This document shows positions 12,601 through 27,462 of a stretch of DNA of 64,000 nt, piece by piece. Source of the DNA: Balanoglossus misakiensis (taxonomy: Eukaryota; Animalia; Hemichordata); the NCBI GenBank assembly GCA_040954595.2, contig CM082582.2, positions 11,900,415 to 11,964,414 on the forward strand, in the 5' to 3' direction. How positions within the stretch are numbered: the first letter of the stretch is position 1; every line of letters starts with the position of its first letter. The position numbers and the translations under genes were made by a program. The notes below the pieces were generated by a model that saw nothing but the letters and a program-made list of their open reading frames with translations, was not told the origin of the DNA and did no database searches.

Positions 12601-15600
12601 ATGTCGGTCCGATTTGTTGTCACAAAGCCAGACGAAGAACCCCCGAAGAGTAACAAAAGTGACGGCGATGGCCGTGTCTCGCCCGTAGACGTACAGATCG
12701 TAGATTTGGGTCGAGACTCCTTCCGATACGGTGAGTGTACAGAACTTCTTACGACGAGATGGGCGTCCCATGCGAGTTCTCGGGGCGTCTCACCTCATTT
12801 GAGGTCGAGGCAATATTATTTGTCGAGTGTAGGTAGCCTTGATTGACCGCTTAGCATCCATGGAATAATTTCTCGACTGACGCGATTGATTGTGTTTTGA
12901 TCACAAGTTTCCGCATTCATATCGAAGTCCATCTATTCTTTTCAATGCGATCCGATAAATAATCGACGCGATGAGGGAGTGATTCATTCATTTCCATTCC
13001 AGTGCACGAATGTATCTGACCCGATACATGTATGCAGGTATGATAAATAATCCAGGATATTGGCTTGGAAAATCCGAGGGAGCAATATCCAAATCTTATA
13101 TGATTCCTGCATCCTGTACGAGACTGTCATCACTGGTCAGTGTTCATTTCAGCGGACTTTGACAGATCGATACCGCCGCTGACCGTTGACCTAAGCTGAG
13201 GACAAATATAGATTTTCCGAGACTGGGCGGCTGTGATTTATGTACCAGAATACAGGAAGAAGTGATACATGTACCTGCAAAAAGAAAGAAAGAAAGAAAG
13301 AAATATATGTATTGTCGTAGGGAAATCCATTATTGAAATAAACATGACAGTAGTGTGACCTAGGCCCAGTACAAGGTCATTCTCATTTGCCTGTGGAAAT
13401 GTACATGTTTGAACAGCTTTAAGTTTTATTCCCAAGAATGAAATGACAGTGTTTTTTTTTTCTTTTCTCTCCACAACAAGTTCGTATGTAACCGTAATGC
13501 ATCAGTGTGGTACGATCATGTTCTTGGGAATATAATTGAACGGAAATTATGTCCTATGGAGGAATGCATGATTTCTAGAGAAAAATAGACCAAATGCAAT
13601 TAAAACACTATTGACAAAAATTGATTGTGGGAAGAACTCATTATTAACATACATATAGAATTGATCAGACCTCATTGTTATCACATCCTAAAATTAGAAA
13701 TTATATTTTTATATTATGGTATTATATATATCACTAATCCAATATCTGCAGTTGGCTTTTATCATATATTCTTTGATTACTATTCACTAAAATCTAATCA
13801 GATGTGATTCTTTATTTCCTTGTGCTGCCAGGGAATAAAATACAACCCAGGAAACCTGGTAAGACTGTTGACATTTTATATGTTATGAGTTATTATGTGT
13901 CAATGTCTTCTTATTGTTGTTATGCTTTTTTTGCATACAATATATTAACTTTTTATTGGTGTTTTTAAAAGGGTTGTGCGAATCATACAGGAAGTATGAC
14001 ATCATACAGCTCTTGTGATTATAAATGAGTTTGATGCATTGAGACATTTCCCCACCAGACACAACATCTGCCTTTGATTGTCTGCCTAACTTTTGGAATG
14101 TGCTGCCATATGTTATAGAAACACTGCAAAATGCCTATTTAGGATCCGGATAGGGGCTGGTCTTGCATATTATCATGAGCTGGTCTAAACTTGAGCTGGC
14201 CTATTTTCCCTGCATGCATCTGCCATCTGAAGATGCAATCACCAATGTGTGAAGTGTAAAAACTTGTGGTTTTGAACATGGGAATCGAATATAATTATAT
14301 TATACGGGATAAAAATAAATTTCCTTGGACTAAATCAATTAGGCAATGACTCTGGCCGTGATGCTGATTAATCTATTTCTCAACTCTTTCATAATGAGCC
14401 ACATTGAAAACCCTCATTTACTCAGTGACCCAAGGATTGCAGCTGACAATATGTATTTAAGAGGTCACTCTCTCATCAAGGTTAAACCAGAGTTTTTTCA
14501 TCACCATGGAAATTCATAATTTATGTAATTTGTATGTTATACTGCCATTCACGTGCAGCCCTTGTGATTCCATTCTGTACTCACCTAATATGGCAGTCAG
14601 TCGTTGATTGATTGACTTGTTTTATATTTATCTTTTAAGCTATTTTGAGTGAGCATAAAATAGTAAGCACTCTGCAGCCATTGACAGTGTTTTTCACTGG
14701 AGATTGTCAGGTCACTGTGGTTGTTAAACTGAAGGACCATGAATAAGCATACTGTAAATATGTGTTATTTTCCAATGCCTTAGGCCTAGGAAATGGAGTG
14801 TAAAATAACATGTGCAAACAGTTACTCAAGCCAGACTAGTGCATGCAGTACTTTTAGGAAAATGTTTACCCAGGGGCAGTTCAGCAAGATTTGGTCATGG
14901 TGATGCAATCATATAGGGCTGACAGTGGAACAGGGCTGGAGAAACTTCAAGAAAAACTCTCTAATTCTCTACTTGACGCAGAGTTTTCAAAAATCTGCAA
15001 CAAAGGCAAGTCCTTACCTCAGATGGTGACATCTTCATTGCAAGTAAATGCAATAGAAGGAAAGAAACTTTCTCCAGCAGGGTGCTGACTTCAACTACAC
15101 AGTTTGACCAGATTGGTGCAACTGAATTCAAACAGGGTCCTGGGAGCAACTGAACGGCCAGATCACAAAGAAACTAAACCAGAACACCCCAGAAAGCCAA
15201 TATTCATACATCTGGTCTGCACTATTGATAAACAAATTTGGACATAAAAGACTGGCCATTCAGAAACAAATTAATTACAAGTGCAACTATGCTGATTTGA
15301 ATAAACAAACAAGATTGGCCAATCAGAAACAACTGAATGCAAATGAGACTGCTGATTTGAATATGAATAACACCCATACCAAATGAATGCAGAGTAACTG
15401 TACATGTGCACCTGTGCTCAGGCAAATTGCAGGAACCAACCAATCTGTGACTTGCAGCAAGTTGCACTCACATAAATGTTGAAACAAACTATATTTTTAA
15501 GTAGGGACATTTTTTGCTCATGATAGACCATCTTGGTGCTTTTCACATACTTTGGCTAGACACTGCAAGTGCCAATGGTAGTGATAAAATGTTGTTATGC

Positions 15601-18600
15601 CTTCCTACATGTCTGTAAATCTCTTGTATGTATTCCTAAGGCTATAACGACTACTATTATCATTCAATGAGGTCATTTTATGCTACCAATACTGACAAAG
15701 CAGTTCAGATATGCAAATGGCAAGAGAGCTTTTCATTCATTGATGTACTTTGGCACAGACCTATATTTGCAAGTGTGATGTCTTATTAAATTAATTTTGA
15801 ATTGAATATTGTTAGCTTTCTGGGTGTCTATCTGTCATTGTTTGGATGTGTGTGTGGGGGGGAGGGGGGGATAGTGTCTATATTTTGGTCAAAAACTCTA
15901 TTTACCAGAAATGACAATTTTGTGGAAATTTGATTTTCGCACCATATGTTGACAACAATTGACATGTCTCTAAATGCTTAAATTGTCCCAATTCTGCCTC
16001 AGTGTAAGCGCAAATGTTAAATTAGGACAGTGAACATATGGTCAGGTTAAATTTTCCAAAACCCAGTGTTTGTGGCATAAGGCATAGGTGTGTCTTTTTG
16101 TCAAAAAAAGCCATTTGTTATATCGCTTCACCAAAAACACCATGCTACAAATGTATTTTAAAATTTACCATAAACAGATTTTCACAGACATGTATACCTG
16201 TATAAAGTTTGCTTTGTTCAGAAATGACAAATAGGAGTTGCCTTGCCTGTAGTGTACATGATGAACAGGTATTTTGAATCCCATCTGTGCAGTTTCTATG
16301 AAAACTGGCTTTCCAGTAATGTAAATAACTTGGTCTTCTCTCCAGAGCAATTAAAGAATATCTGCCAATTCCGGGAAAAATAGAAAGTCATTGTAATAAC
16401 AATTAATGTCATTGTTATGTAAATTAAGCAGCATTGTATCAGAATTTCCTGGGAGAATACTGGTTAGTGCTGGTAGCTGGCCAAAAAACCCAACAACTTC
16501 TTTGGTGTCTCATTTTTCTGTCATCAGTGCACTTACCAGTTTTGCCTCCATGGTTTGGTCCAGATCTGTTATTTCTCTATGTTAAAGTTGATATGAAAGC
16601 GAATGAAGTAGCAGAATGAAAATCCTTTTTTAGGCGAGAACAAATATATTGAAAAAAAATTATCCAATAAATATGCATGGTTCTAATAAAACGCGTCAGC
16701 TGGCCTCATGGCTTACAGTAGTGACAAGTCGCACATCTGTGTGACCGTGTAATTCAAATTGATGATAATTTGTTGTAATCACTGTTGTCATTTCAGGCGA
16801 CAGATTTAGATGAATGATTTCTGCACTGGAATTGTGATATTCATCATTTTCGAGCAGACAATTTGCTAAAAAAATCATCAATTAAGCTATTTTATATGAG
16901 CTGTTTCATCGCAACTGTGAACAGTTAACTTTTGTGTTGGGTCACTTCTCATTAGTTTCCAAACAAAGAAAGCTCTAAAAATACCACGTCATATTAAATC
17001 CACCAGAGAGAACCAGTTGGAATCGTTTCCATGGAGCGGCATTCTCCCATCCTTTGTGTGGGATTTTTTTGTTGCCAACGCATCATAATTTATGCAGTGC
17101 TTAATATAGATATCGAATGTGTGTAAGCTCATTTTTAGCTCTAACATGTACGTGTACCCAGCACGAATCATTATGATGGGTGCAGGGCTTTGACGATATC
17201 GATGAAAGCAGATGCGATATGTAGACCTGCTTTCAACAAATATAAGAGTCTAGTCCATCCTCTGACATGATGTATGGAAGTGTCAACCAAAAATACAAGT
17301 ACACCTACATTTATGAACTTCAGGATGACTTTGGTGGTAAGATCACCACATTGTTTTAATGTTGGGCGTTTTGGTGAGGGTGTTGTCAGTTTTAATGCGT
17401 GTCAAACACAAAGATCTGCGCCTTTATTGTTAATTTGTTGGAGCATGTCTGGACTATAAGGTTACATGTTGTACAGTTCAGCTCCGATATGGAGCTTATG
17501 AGCAAAAGAGTGATGAGCAGGCAATCACTTGCCCTGTACAGAAGAGGAAGTACTTTCCTGTACATGGTGATCATGGTCCCAGTGTATTGACACTACTGTT
17601 ATTTATGTGATTGATAACCACCTACACAGAAGAATTTTTGGATTAGAATCAATGTGCTGTAGACCAAGGCGATTCTAGACCACAAACTCCAAGGGGGGAA
17701 GACGGTGGTTTTCTGAGTGAAATCACATGGTTTACTTTATTGAACAAACCACTGTGGTTGTAGCCATGGAGAATTACCACAGAGAATTTTAGGGTTGTAA
17801 TTGGGGCATGGTATTGGCCCTGCAGGCATGCTGAGGTAGAACTCATCCTCCTGCCCCAAGACAAGGTGGTCTCTGTTCTGTCTTTTATGAGTGTTGAAAA
17901 GCACAGGTATCTGGGAATAATGCGTCTTCTGTCCGACTGTGGTTCCCCGCACAATGGAAACCCTTGTTGTGTAGAGTGCATTGTTATTTGCTGGGTCTCT
18001 CAGCCGAAGGGGAACGGCAGACCAAACCCTTGCAAGACTTGTGGATAGCTGGCAGCATTTCAGAAAGCGCAGCCTTCATGTCCCACGCAGCATATCTGAT
18101 GAATGGTGAAGTGTCCGAGCGTTTCATGTGGTCAAACTGTCAGACCAAGAGGTCACTCTGGTCAGTGGGCGTGTGTTTTGCCAGTCAACTGGTTCCATTC
18201 ACTGCATGAAGTCACTTGAATTCAAAGTGAAATCAAATGAAATTCTTTGACACAATGTTTGACCAGTACCAGGATAGAAGTTTTCATGACACATCATTAC
18301 CATTAAACTTACCTTATTCATTGAAGATATAGTCTTGATCATTTCTTTGAATATTTCTGATCATAATAAAGTTTTTTTTTGGGGTGGGGGGGGGGGGTGG
18401 GGTGTCTTTTGAAGGGGATGCTGAATATGAAATGCCTATAAAGTTTTATACATGTAGCATTACTTTGGTTGTCTCATTATTGGCCAGCAGTTACATGCAC
18501 ATGTACATGACATTGTGACTGTTGAGGTTATACATGTACGACTCATGATAGACAGTAATAAAAATTAACTATATGTGAATGACCGTCAGACAAGCTATAA

Positions 18601-21600
18601 TTATTCCGCAGTTGTTTTCATGTATGATGTGACCTTACCTCGAGTGTTCCAGAATTCTGAAAATTGTCAATGAATGGAGAAAACCTGCTATTTTAAAATA
18701 TCATTAAACAGCTGTTATCATAACTAGGCTGGCTGTCACATATCCAACCTTCAGAGTTGCTGGTATGCTCGCTAAAAAGGCGGTCTCAACTCTTATCACT
18801 TGATGATTTCACCAATGCTAAATTTACCAAAAGTAAAAAATTAATGAGAATTATGTTTTATGTATGCATGCTGACCTTTATGTTATTGGGAACAGCTTCT
18901 ATTCCGGTTGTAGACTTATGATGATTAGAAACCAATTTTTGATTGGGGATCGTTTGACGTATGAATCTGCAACTAGAGCCAGCTGTGTGTGAATTATTTG
19001 TGTCGGCAAGAATCATAACCTATTACTAGTCAGTGATAATGCTCATATGTGTCTCTTGTTGATCGTAAACAGTGATGAATTTTTAAAAAGATTTGAGTGA
19101 AAATTCTCATCTGAGTGCACTTGGAGACTGAAGCTTGTAATACGGCCCTTGTCAAAATTGGTGTATTTTGACGGCTGTCTTCACCACCCACGCGAAAATG
19201 ACAGTTTACATGCGGAGGCATTCACTTTACGCGCGAGCGTGTTCGTGTGACAAGCACCATCGCTGACCTTGTAACTACGTCCATTAGATTTGCAAGAAAG
19301 AAATCATTGGTGACGTAGTGCTGTTAATGATGGAGAGTTTTCTGTCAACTCACATCTTTCTCAGCAAATTTTTTCACTGGTCGTCAACTGCAGTTCCAGT
19401 CAATTGAGAATGCCGTATTTATGATGTGACTTCAAGGAATTTTCTTGAATGTACTGCTAACTTGGTGTGTGCTGACAATGATAGAATTTCTGGAATGTCT
19501 ACTGGGCATGGATATGAAATTAATTGCATATTTCAGGATAATCAAGACGGCTACCTTACACTCTACTTCACTTAATAACAATGCATTATGGGTAACAGAA
19601 ACTGAATACACATTGAAAATAGAAATCCAGTACACCAGAAATAATGAAACATAATATCAAGGCTTCACCAGAAACTCACATATTTTGTTAAAGAATAGAC
19701 ACCAAAAAGGTGTGATTGGTGAGTTTGATCGATGACATAATTTGGATTTTAAAAGAAAATCTGATTTTACTTCATTCCCAAACAAATGAAAATTGCCCAA
19801 TTGACGGAATTACTGCTCAGATGGAAAATATGGATGGCACAATTTAGTTAATATGGTTTGTTGCATTCTGTACAGTGTAATTTGACATGTGGGAACCAGC
19901 AGACTGTGTACTGAGTGTCGTTAATGTACCTTTTAATGGTGGGGCCTTTTTTTCAAACAGGAGCCCAAATAAATCATACCACAAAAAGTAAATTCTGGTT
20001 TACAAAAGCATATTATGCTAAATTCTCTGCATGGTCTTCATGTGTACACTGCCAGCGTGTAAACTGAATTTGTTGATATTATGATTGTGTTGCAATTCAG
20101 AAGTATTATCAAATTACGTTCAGAAATAAACTGAGTCCATTTATGCATGCTGGGAATTAAATGGCAGTTTGTAATGTATGGTGTGTGTGTTAACAGGCAG
20201 TGTAACTGAAACTGTTTTGGATTGTATTCTCGATGTCTTTGTTTAGTGTTCATTGTTTCTCCCCTGTAGCACTATTGAAATACCCAATGTTTCTACATGT
20301 TCATATATATAGATACCAATATCATTGTTAATCAAATTTTTACAGGTACCGTATACACATACGGTCACCTCTAATTTACATATGCCTGTATACCTTTAAG
20401 TGAAATTAAATTGCAACCAAATTGCTCTTTATTCCCCCAAAATGGTGATGGCAAGCTAAATATTTCATGTTTTGACCTGCTGTGGGTACATGCTGTGGGG
20501 ATTAGAACAAGACATTATCAGTATCCTAAAAATACAATTAAAAATATTATTGAATATTTTAAAGATTATTTAAACATATACATAGATGATGTACGGCCGA
20601 ACTGAAGGATGGTTGTATTTTCATTATTCCAGTGTTATAGCTTCCTAATATAGCTTATGACCATGCGTAGGTGATGCTCAGTAGATTATATTATTTGACA
20701 CCATGGTTGTGATAGAATCAGTTGAGAATTTGCCACAAAGGGCTTATCTGAGTGTTTGGGTTCACTGCTGTGTTTCATGGCCTACCTGTAAACTTTCACA
20801 AAAGATTCACATTCAAGTATTCAAATGTTCCTTGATTAGCAGCCGGAAAAAGATGGAAGTGCTACGTGTGTACGCATGCAGTCACTGATGCAGATAAGAG
20901 CTGGTAGTCGAGTTGAGAGAAACTGGTGTACTTGCTCCGCGGTTGCATATTTGCACGTTTTGCAATCGGTAATTTGTCTTCTCTGCAATGTGACTGCAGT
21001 CAAAACCTGTCTATAGTGACCAGTCAAGGGAGTTTCCTAAACTGTCCTTCATAGACAGGTGGCCTTTACAGACAGGTCCATTGATGCACAAGTATATTGC
21101 AAAGGGACTGGTTCACCTCTTTCATTGCCAAGATCAATAGTGATTAGTGACCACAGTTGACTGAAACACCTATACGCTGCGATGATAGATCGCGATTCTA
21201 TTTCTCGGATTACCACGTACGTGCGACAAAACAACCATGATTGGCAAAATGAAAAGCACTTTGTAATCTGGGAAATGAGCTCGATTTTCCAGGCAATTTA
21301 GTGCGCATTGAAAGTATTCTTTTGTTGGGAGCGTATTAGTGGAGAAAATGAAATGCACAAATTGATATGGACAGGTCATCGTGAAGTAATGCATTTCCTT
21401 TGTCGCCACGACCATGAAATTCTTTTATGTTACATCTTCAAGATCTGTATCACGCCATGTCTTTCACAGTACATATCAGTGTTTGTTTAGATTTGCAGTT
21501 GCACCAGTTATCACTAAATGTTCCCGGAATCATTTTGCATACATGTACTTTGCAGAGTTGTGATTGGTGGTTGCCATGGCAGTTAAACTCTAGATGTATG

Positions 21601-24600
21601 TTCATGTCAGACTGGAGTGCTAGGTGATGTGTAAGATAAGGCATTGGATCAATTCACTGTAACTGTAAATTGAAAAATAAAATCCCCTAGACAAAACACA
21701 GACCATTCATTGGTTTACCCCGATCCATTCCTACAGAACCAAGCTCTTGATGAAGTTGGCTGTGGTACAACTGAGGAAAACCTGAAATATAAACATGGAA
21801 ACCCACCTCTTTTAGAGAGCGTTTTGTGCTTAAGCTTGCTAAGTGCCAGCGAGCATCCCTGATGGATCTGGGGTGCTATAAAAAGTTCCCTCTACATTTG
21901 TATCCATCCATCTTAACTTGTATATTGTCAAGATGCTTGTTTCGTATTTTTTTTTCAAACAGTAATCTGAGTCCAGCATCAGCTGCCATTACAGGGTACA
22001 GTGAATACTAGTCTTTGGTGCCTTTTGATTAACTCCATCTATATGCTGGTTCATCATTCCGTTAATGGCATTACTACAGCTTAATGCAGATCTCATCTGC
22101 AACGGGAGACTGTCATTAGGATTTCTGTGATTCTAAAGCTTCACAGTGGCTGTTTAGGCGTCCGTCTGTGTTGGTTGTTGGTAAAAGGAAATTGCGTTGA
22201 TTGACTAAAGGTCTGAGCAAATCTCTTCTGGAAAAATTTCTGGAACTTCAGACAAATATTTTTGATATGGAGATAAATATTTGGAAGAAACACAAAGGAA
22301 TGTGATAATAAAGAATAAAATCAATGAAACCATCACGCATCAGTGAAACGTAGAACATCAAAATCATCAGTGGTTGGACCCTATTGAAGCCATTCCACCA
22401 ACTGGGCACTGATGAAAAGAATCTGTATATTTGCTGGAGTACTGCGATTCGTTCGTGTCGCACTCGAAAAAAAGTACAAATCTCATTGACTTCATTAGAG
22501 ATTGCATAGGAATTCAGCGACCCCCTTCAAGTCGCAGAATTATGTGACCTCAATAAGACTCCTATTCCTAACAAGTTAAGTAAGTTTGTGTTGGTACTCA
22601 GGGGAACACTGTGATTTCTGTAATGTGATTTCTCTGCTTTGACGAAAGCAGTTATAATATGTTGTTTGCTCTCTGTAGTTGGTATGGTGGGCATGGATAA
22701 GATGGCCATTGAACCTAGCATGTGACATGTACTTCTGCATTTCATTCATGTATTTCACTAATCTCCAAGTCTTTATGAAGTAGATATTCAGGAGAGAGTG
22801 AACATAAAGGTCACGGCAACAACAGTTAAAGACTGGTTTATAAAACATTACTGCTGAGTTTCTGATGGAAGTAAGATAGCAAGAAAGATCTTTTTTTTAT
22901 TAAAGGCCCATATTTGTTGAGGTGGGCATATTTATACATACAAATAACATACAGTAGACATTTCATCTGTGCATGGAACTGTTTATTGGGAAACAAATGG
23001 TCAGTTGTACATAACATATGCCCCTCTAAGAACCATTGCGAAGGTAGCGTACATGTATGTATACAAGTATACGATGACAAGCTCAGGATTGTCAGAACAA
23101 ATGCCCTAGCAACTATGTATCCCTTACAAAAGTGTATAATTTGACATAGTAGTAGTAAACTGGTAAGTTGAAACTCTGCAAATTGGTCTGTTTTGGCCCA
23201 AATAGGTAATTTCAGTTGAAAAACATATTCCCAGTGACACGCAGTGCCTGTATTAAAACGTTAAGTCTTCCGTTTCATTGCTGAATGAAAAGGTCATTGG
23301 TGTCACTTTGAAGCAGTTTTCACTTTCTTCTAATTACGATCTCGAATGTTCTCATCAAGAAATGCCACATCTGATATCAGATGGGTTGGTTAAGTCTGTA
23401 ATGTGATGTGTGGATTTACTGCGCAAGGGCTTCGAGTGGCGCGTACTGGGAGATGGTTTCTTGTGGAATGCATGTTCACACAGTTGAGTTGTCTGTCAAA
23501 GCATTGAAGTCGGCATCTTTTAACATCAGTTTATTGTTTTGGTTGCATTTGAGAATTGTGTGTCACACTGTGAATCACGTGAGGTTGGCTTCCAAGCTCT
23601 GTTGTGTGTTCAAGCATTTGTCATTTTTGTGATTACGTGATTAAGATGTGAGCAGTGATGTCATCGCAGTGTTTTATGTTTTAATTAAAAAAGAAGAAGT
23701 GAAAGAGTGAAATTCCACTAAGAGAGTTGGTGTAATTTGGTTAAGCAGAACAGTGTCACTGATGTCTGTCACACAAACAAAATTAACCGAAAATAATTTC
23801 AGAGAGTGGCATTGCACTTTGAAAACACTGAAAGTGATTTATACTAAAAATCGTAACATCAGACTTGAATAACGACTTCAACTCTGATTGGGCAGTTTGT
23901 AATGTTAATTGAGCTTTTTACTTTACGCATTTTAATATTTGTGTTGCTCGTTTCTGGGTGTACGTGACGTGAATCTAAATCCGACGAGCGCGTCTGGTTC
24001 TACGTGACATGCATTTCAATCAAACCTTTGAAGTGTGATTTACAGAAGAAAGCATGTTTACTCCCAATCCTGTAGATTCTTATTGTAGTTGTCATTTCTG
24101 TGTGTGATTTATTCCAGGTGAAAATGGCCGTGACTGCAGCGAGACGTCACCGTTTATGGGGGACAGCGATCCAGAAAAGGCGGAGGAACAACACTCTGAA
24201 AAGAACCTCGCTCTTTATGAGGTAAAATAAACCTGATCAAAAATAAACAAATCTGCAAAACATAAGAACATGAAATTTAAGAGTAAATGTGGAATATACT
24301 TCACTGTAGTCGAGATTTGTTATTATTAAGAATACAAATATTATATCAACCACTTATCAAGCTCCTTGTATTCTCTGATCGAGTTCTGCAGTGTTTATTC
24401 AATACATAGTAACCCCTTTCACGTGTAACTATTAATATTACACATTTTACAAACTGGCCATGCAGTCAATCAAGACACTGAACTGCAGTATCGCATCATG
24501 TACTTTGTACTTCGGATCATATTTTGCTTTTACCAGACAAAATGACATTAGGGCAATAAAGTGATTGTCTTTCTCATTTCATATATATGTTGGAACAGTT

Positions 24601-27397
24601 TTCCAAATAAGCATGTGTAGAAAAATCAAAACATCTATTAAAGAAATTAAACGTCAAAATATACTGATGTCATGGCCGCCCGTTGGGAGATAGTTACTGA
24701 TGCTATAATTATTGAGTGTGAGGATATTTTGACTTGTGAACTGTGTATTACATGTATAGGTGATTCACATATGATCTTAGCTCACCCTTTTCTGTGTATA
24801 GGATGGATCTACATAATTATTTTGTTGTTGTTGTTGTTGTTGACAGGATGAAATGCAACAAAGACCCAAGATATCAACTCTTCTCAGTAGTCTAGTCAAC
24901 TATAATCCTTTACCACAAAAATCCATTGACAATGATGAACACGGAGATGGACCCAAAAGGAAACAGAAAAAGGTAGGCTTTTTGTCATCTTTTACTTGAC
25001 CGCAGTTCTGATAAAACTTTGTAGTGCAAGAAATATTTTTAGTAAACATTCTTAAATTGTAATAATATCTCTGCTTTTGTACAATTTTTGTTGACGTTTG
25101 CTGAAACAATAATTTTGATGATTTTTCCCCAGGCGACCAAGATGGGAACTATTATGGGCGTTTATCTTCCATGTCTACAAAACATTCTCGGTGTTATATT
25201 GTTTTTACGTCTCACGTGGATTGTCGGCAATGCTGGTGTGCTGGAAAGCTTCTTTATTGTCTTTATGTGTTGTTGCACGGTAAGTGAACTCAGTTGAGTA
25301 GCATGAGAAAGAATGAGCATTTTCGCTGTATGGGTTTTAATCAAACAGAGGATGTGAATCCAAATCAGAATGCAGTGGAGTGAAGCTGTTAGAAAATTGC
25401 ACAGGTAGTGAAACTCTATGTATTGAAAATACTAAATTAAACCCCCGCATCTACGACTGAACACACAGAGTGAAAATCTTTTTATCTCATACAGTACCAG
25501 CAAGTCAATGCCCTGGAAACTACTTCCTTGTAATAATGCAAGTGTAGCTTGTATGGGTATGCATCTCAGCTTTCTGCTGTCTGTATTCTCATGTTTTGAA
25601 TTACAGCTCAGATTGCTGGCGCAAGTCACATCCGTGATTCTGTATTGAACCGGCGGTTCATAATTGCCTTGAATATCAATGAGTGTTACACAGTGCCTGG
25701 TGGCTGGACATCTTTTTTGAACTCAGGGTGCGTCTTAGTGGCAGAATCAAGGCTTCTTGAAACCCCTCCAGACTTTCTGTAGAAATTTGGCTATGGTAGT
25801 TGCTGGTTTTAGTTGAGAATTGCGTGTTGAAAATATTGTAGGTTTGCGATACAGCTATGTGGTGTTTCCTTCACAGTAGGTGTGTAATGTGAAACTGTTT
25901 TCTGTCTGTGTGTGCCTTTTCCATCAACTATATTAAACACCCATACCCATCATGTAATTCCCATTTCCAAGTGTAAACAACAGTATTTCTTGTTCTTTTC
26001 GTCGGCAATGAAATTAGACGGGAAAAAAAGGTTTGCTCATCTTAAGTCAGCTAAACAGTGAGAGTGAATCTTTGAGATATGATCGTCATGTCACAATTTT
26101 GCTCATTTGATAGAATCCCTGCCTGCAGCAAGTCTTGTGTGTGAGAGCAAGGTACTGCAGGGCATAGCGGCAAATCTCATTGGTTTCATGTGAGTCGACT
26201 GGATATATAATCCGAGCTTTTTATCAAAACAAGTATATGCCCCCTTGTCTCATTTCCTTTGTACTATGAAATCAAAGTGTAATTGTCTCAGTTCTCCAAC
26301 ATGGTGACTGCTAAAAGGAATATAATCATTTTCTGAATTGAAATGCAAGACAGATCTCATCAATTCGTCAGACATCACTGCGAGTAGTCTTTGAAAGGTC
26401 AGTTTAATTTTTGTCAATTTTCACTACAGTGCGTAGTTCTGTTTTGCAGGTATGTTTTCAGCATGCATTAATTTTGCAAAAGGTGCCCATGTTTTCATCT
26501 TTCTGTGATAACAACATTTTAACCTTGTTTTAGCCTCATCGCAGTGCCATTAGCCCTTGTATAAATTAACGAACAGTAGAACTGGAATCAACAAAACACG
26601 AGAAATAGAAATGGACAAATGTCAGTGTATCGGTGTATAACATGCAGAAAATCATCATCAGCTAGACTTTGCCGTTCATCTTGTTCTGTCATGCAGAATT
26701 TATTACCTTCTGATAAAACTCCTTAAGTGCTACATCGTCGTTCGGTCCAACCTTGAGTGTCATTGTCAGCATTTGTTTTTACTTACTTTTAAAAGCAGTG
26801 ATTGATTACTGATATGGTGACGAACCTAGACATTGCCAAGATCATTCATTCGTACAAGTTCAACCACTCCATTGAAATCAATTAGGTCAAAAAACTAGTT
26901 ATGTTTTTGAAAATGTGAATTTACTAAAAGCCATTTGTTTTCAAAGACACAGAATGGCACAGTCATTGCCACAGAAAAAAAATCAGTAGCGAACATTTGT
27001 TTTAGGATGCAATGTGATCAGGTGGGACACAGCAGTAGATGAAATGGAGATTAATTTCTCTTCATTGATCCAAGTGTCTTTTACAGTTAACAATTTCTAC
27101 TTGCTGTGTTAGGAATGTCTATAGCCATCTCCTCCACTGAATAACATGCCTGCCCTATTCACGCATTGATTACAGTATCCCTTTGCAATAAATACCTCTT
27201 TCACCACCCGTAATTTTAAAGGTCAATGCATCAGAACGCTGTGACGATTTAAACCATTGAAATTGAACTTACAGAGCTTTCTTTTTCCATTGATAGTCTT
27301 TTAATGCATGTACTGATTAACCGGATGCCGTGTGCTTGTTTAGAAAATCCTGTCGTGTTGATAACCTGATGTGACCTACTTGGTGGGGTTATAGCAC

Positions 27398-27462
<65 letters not shown>
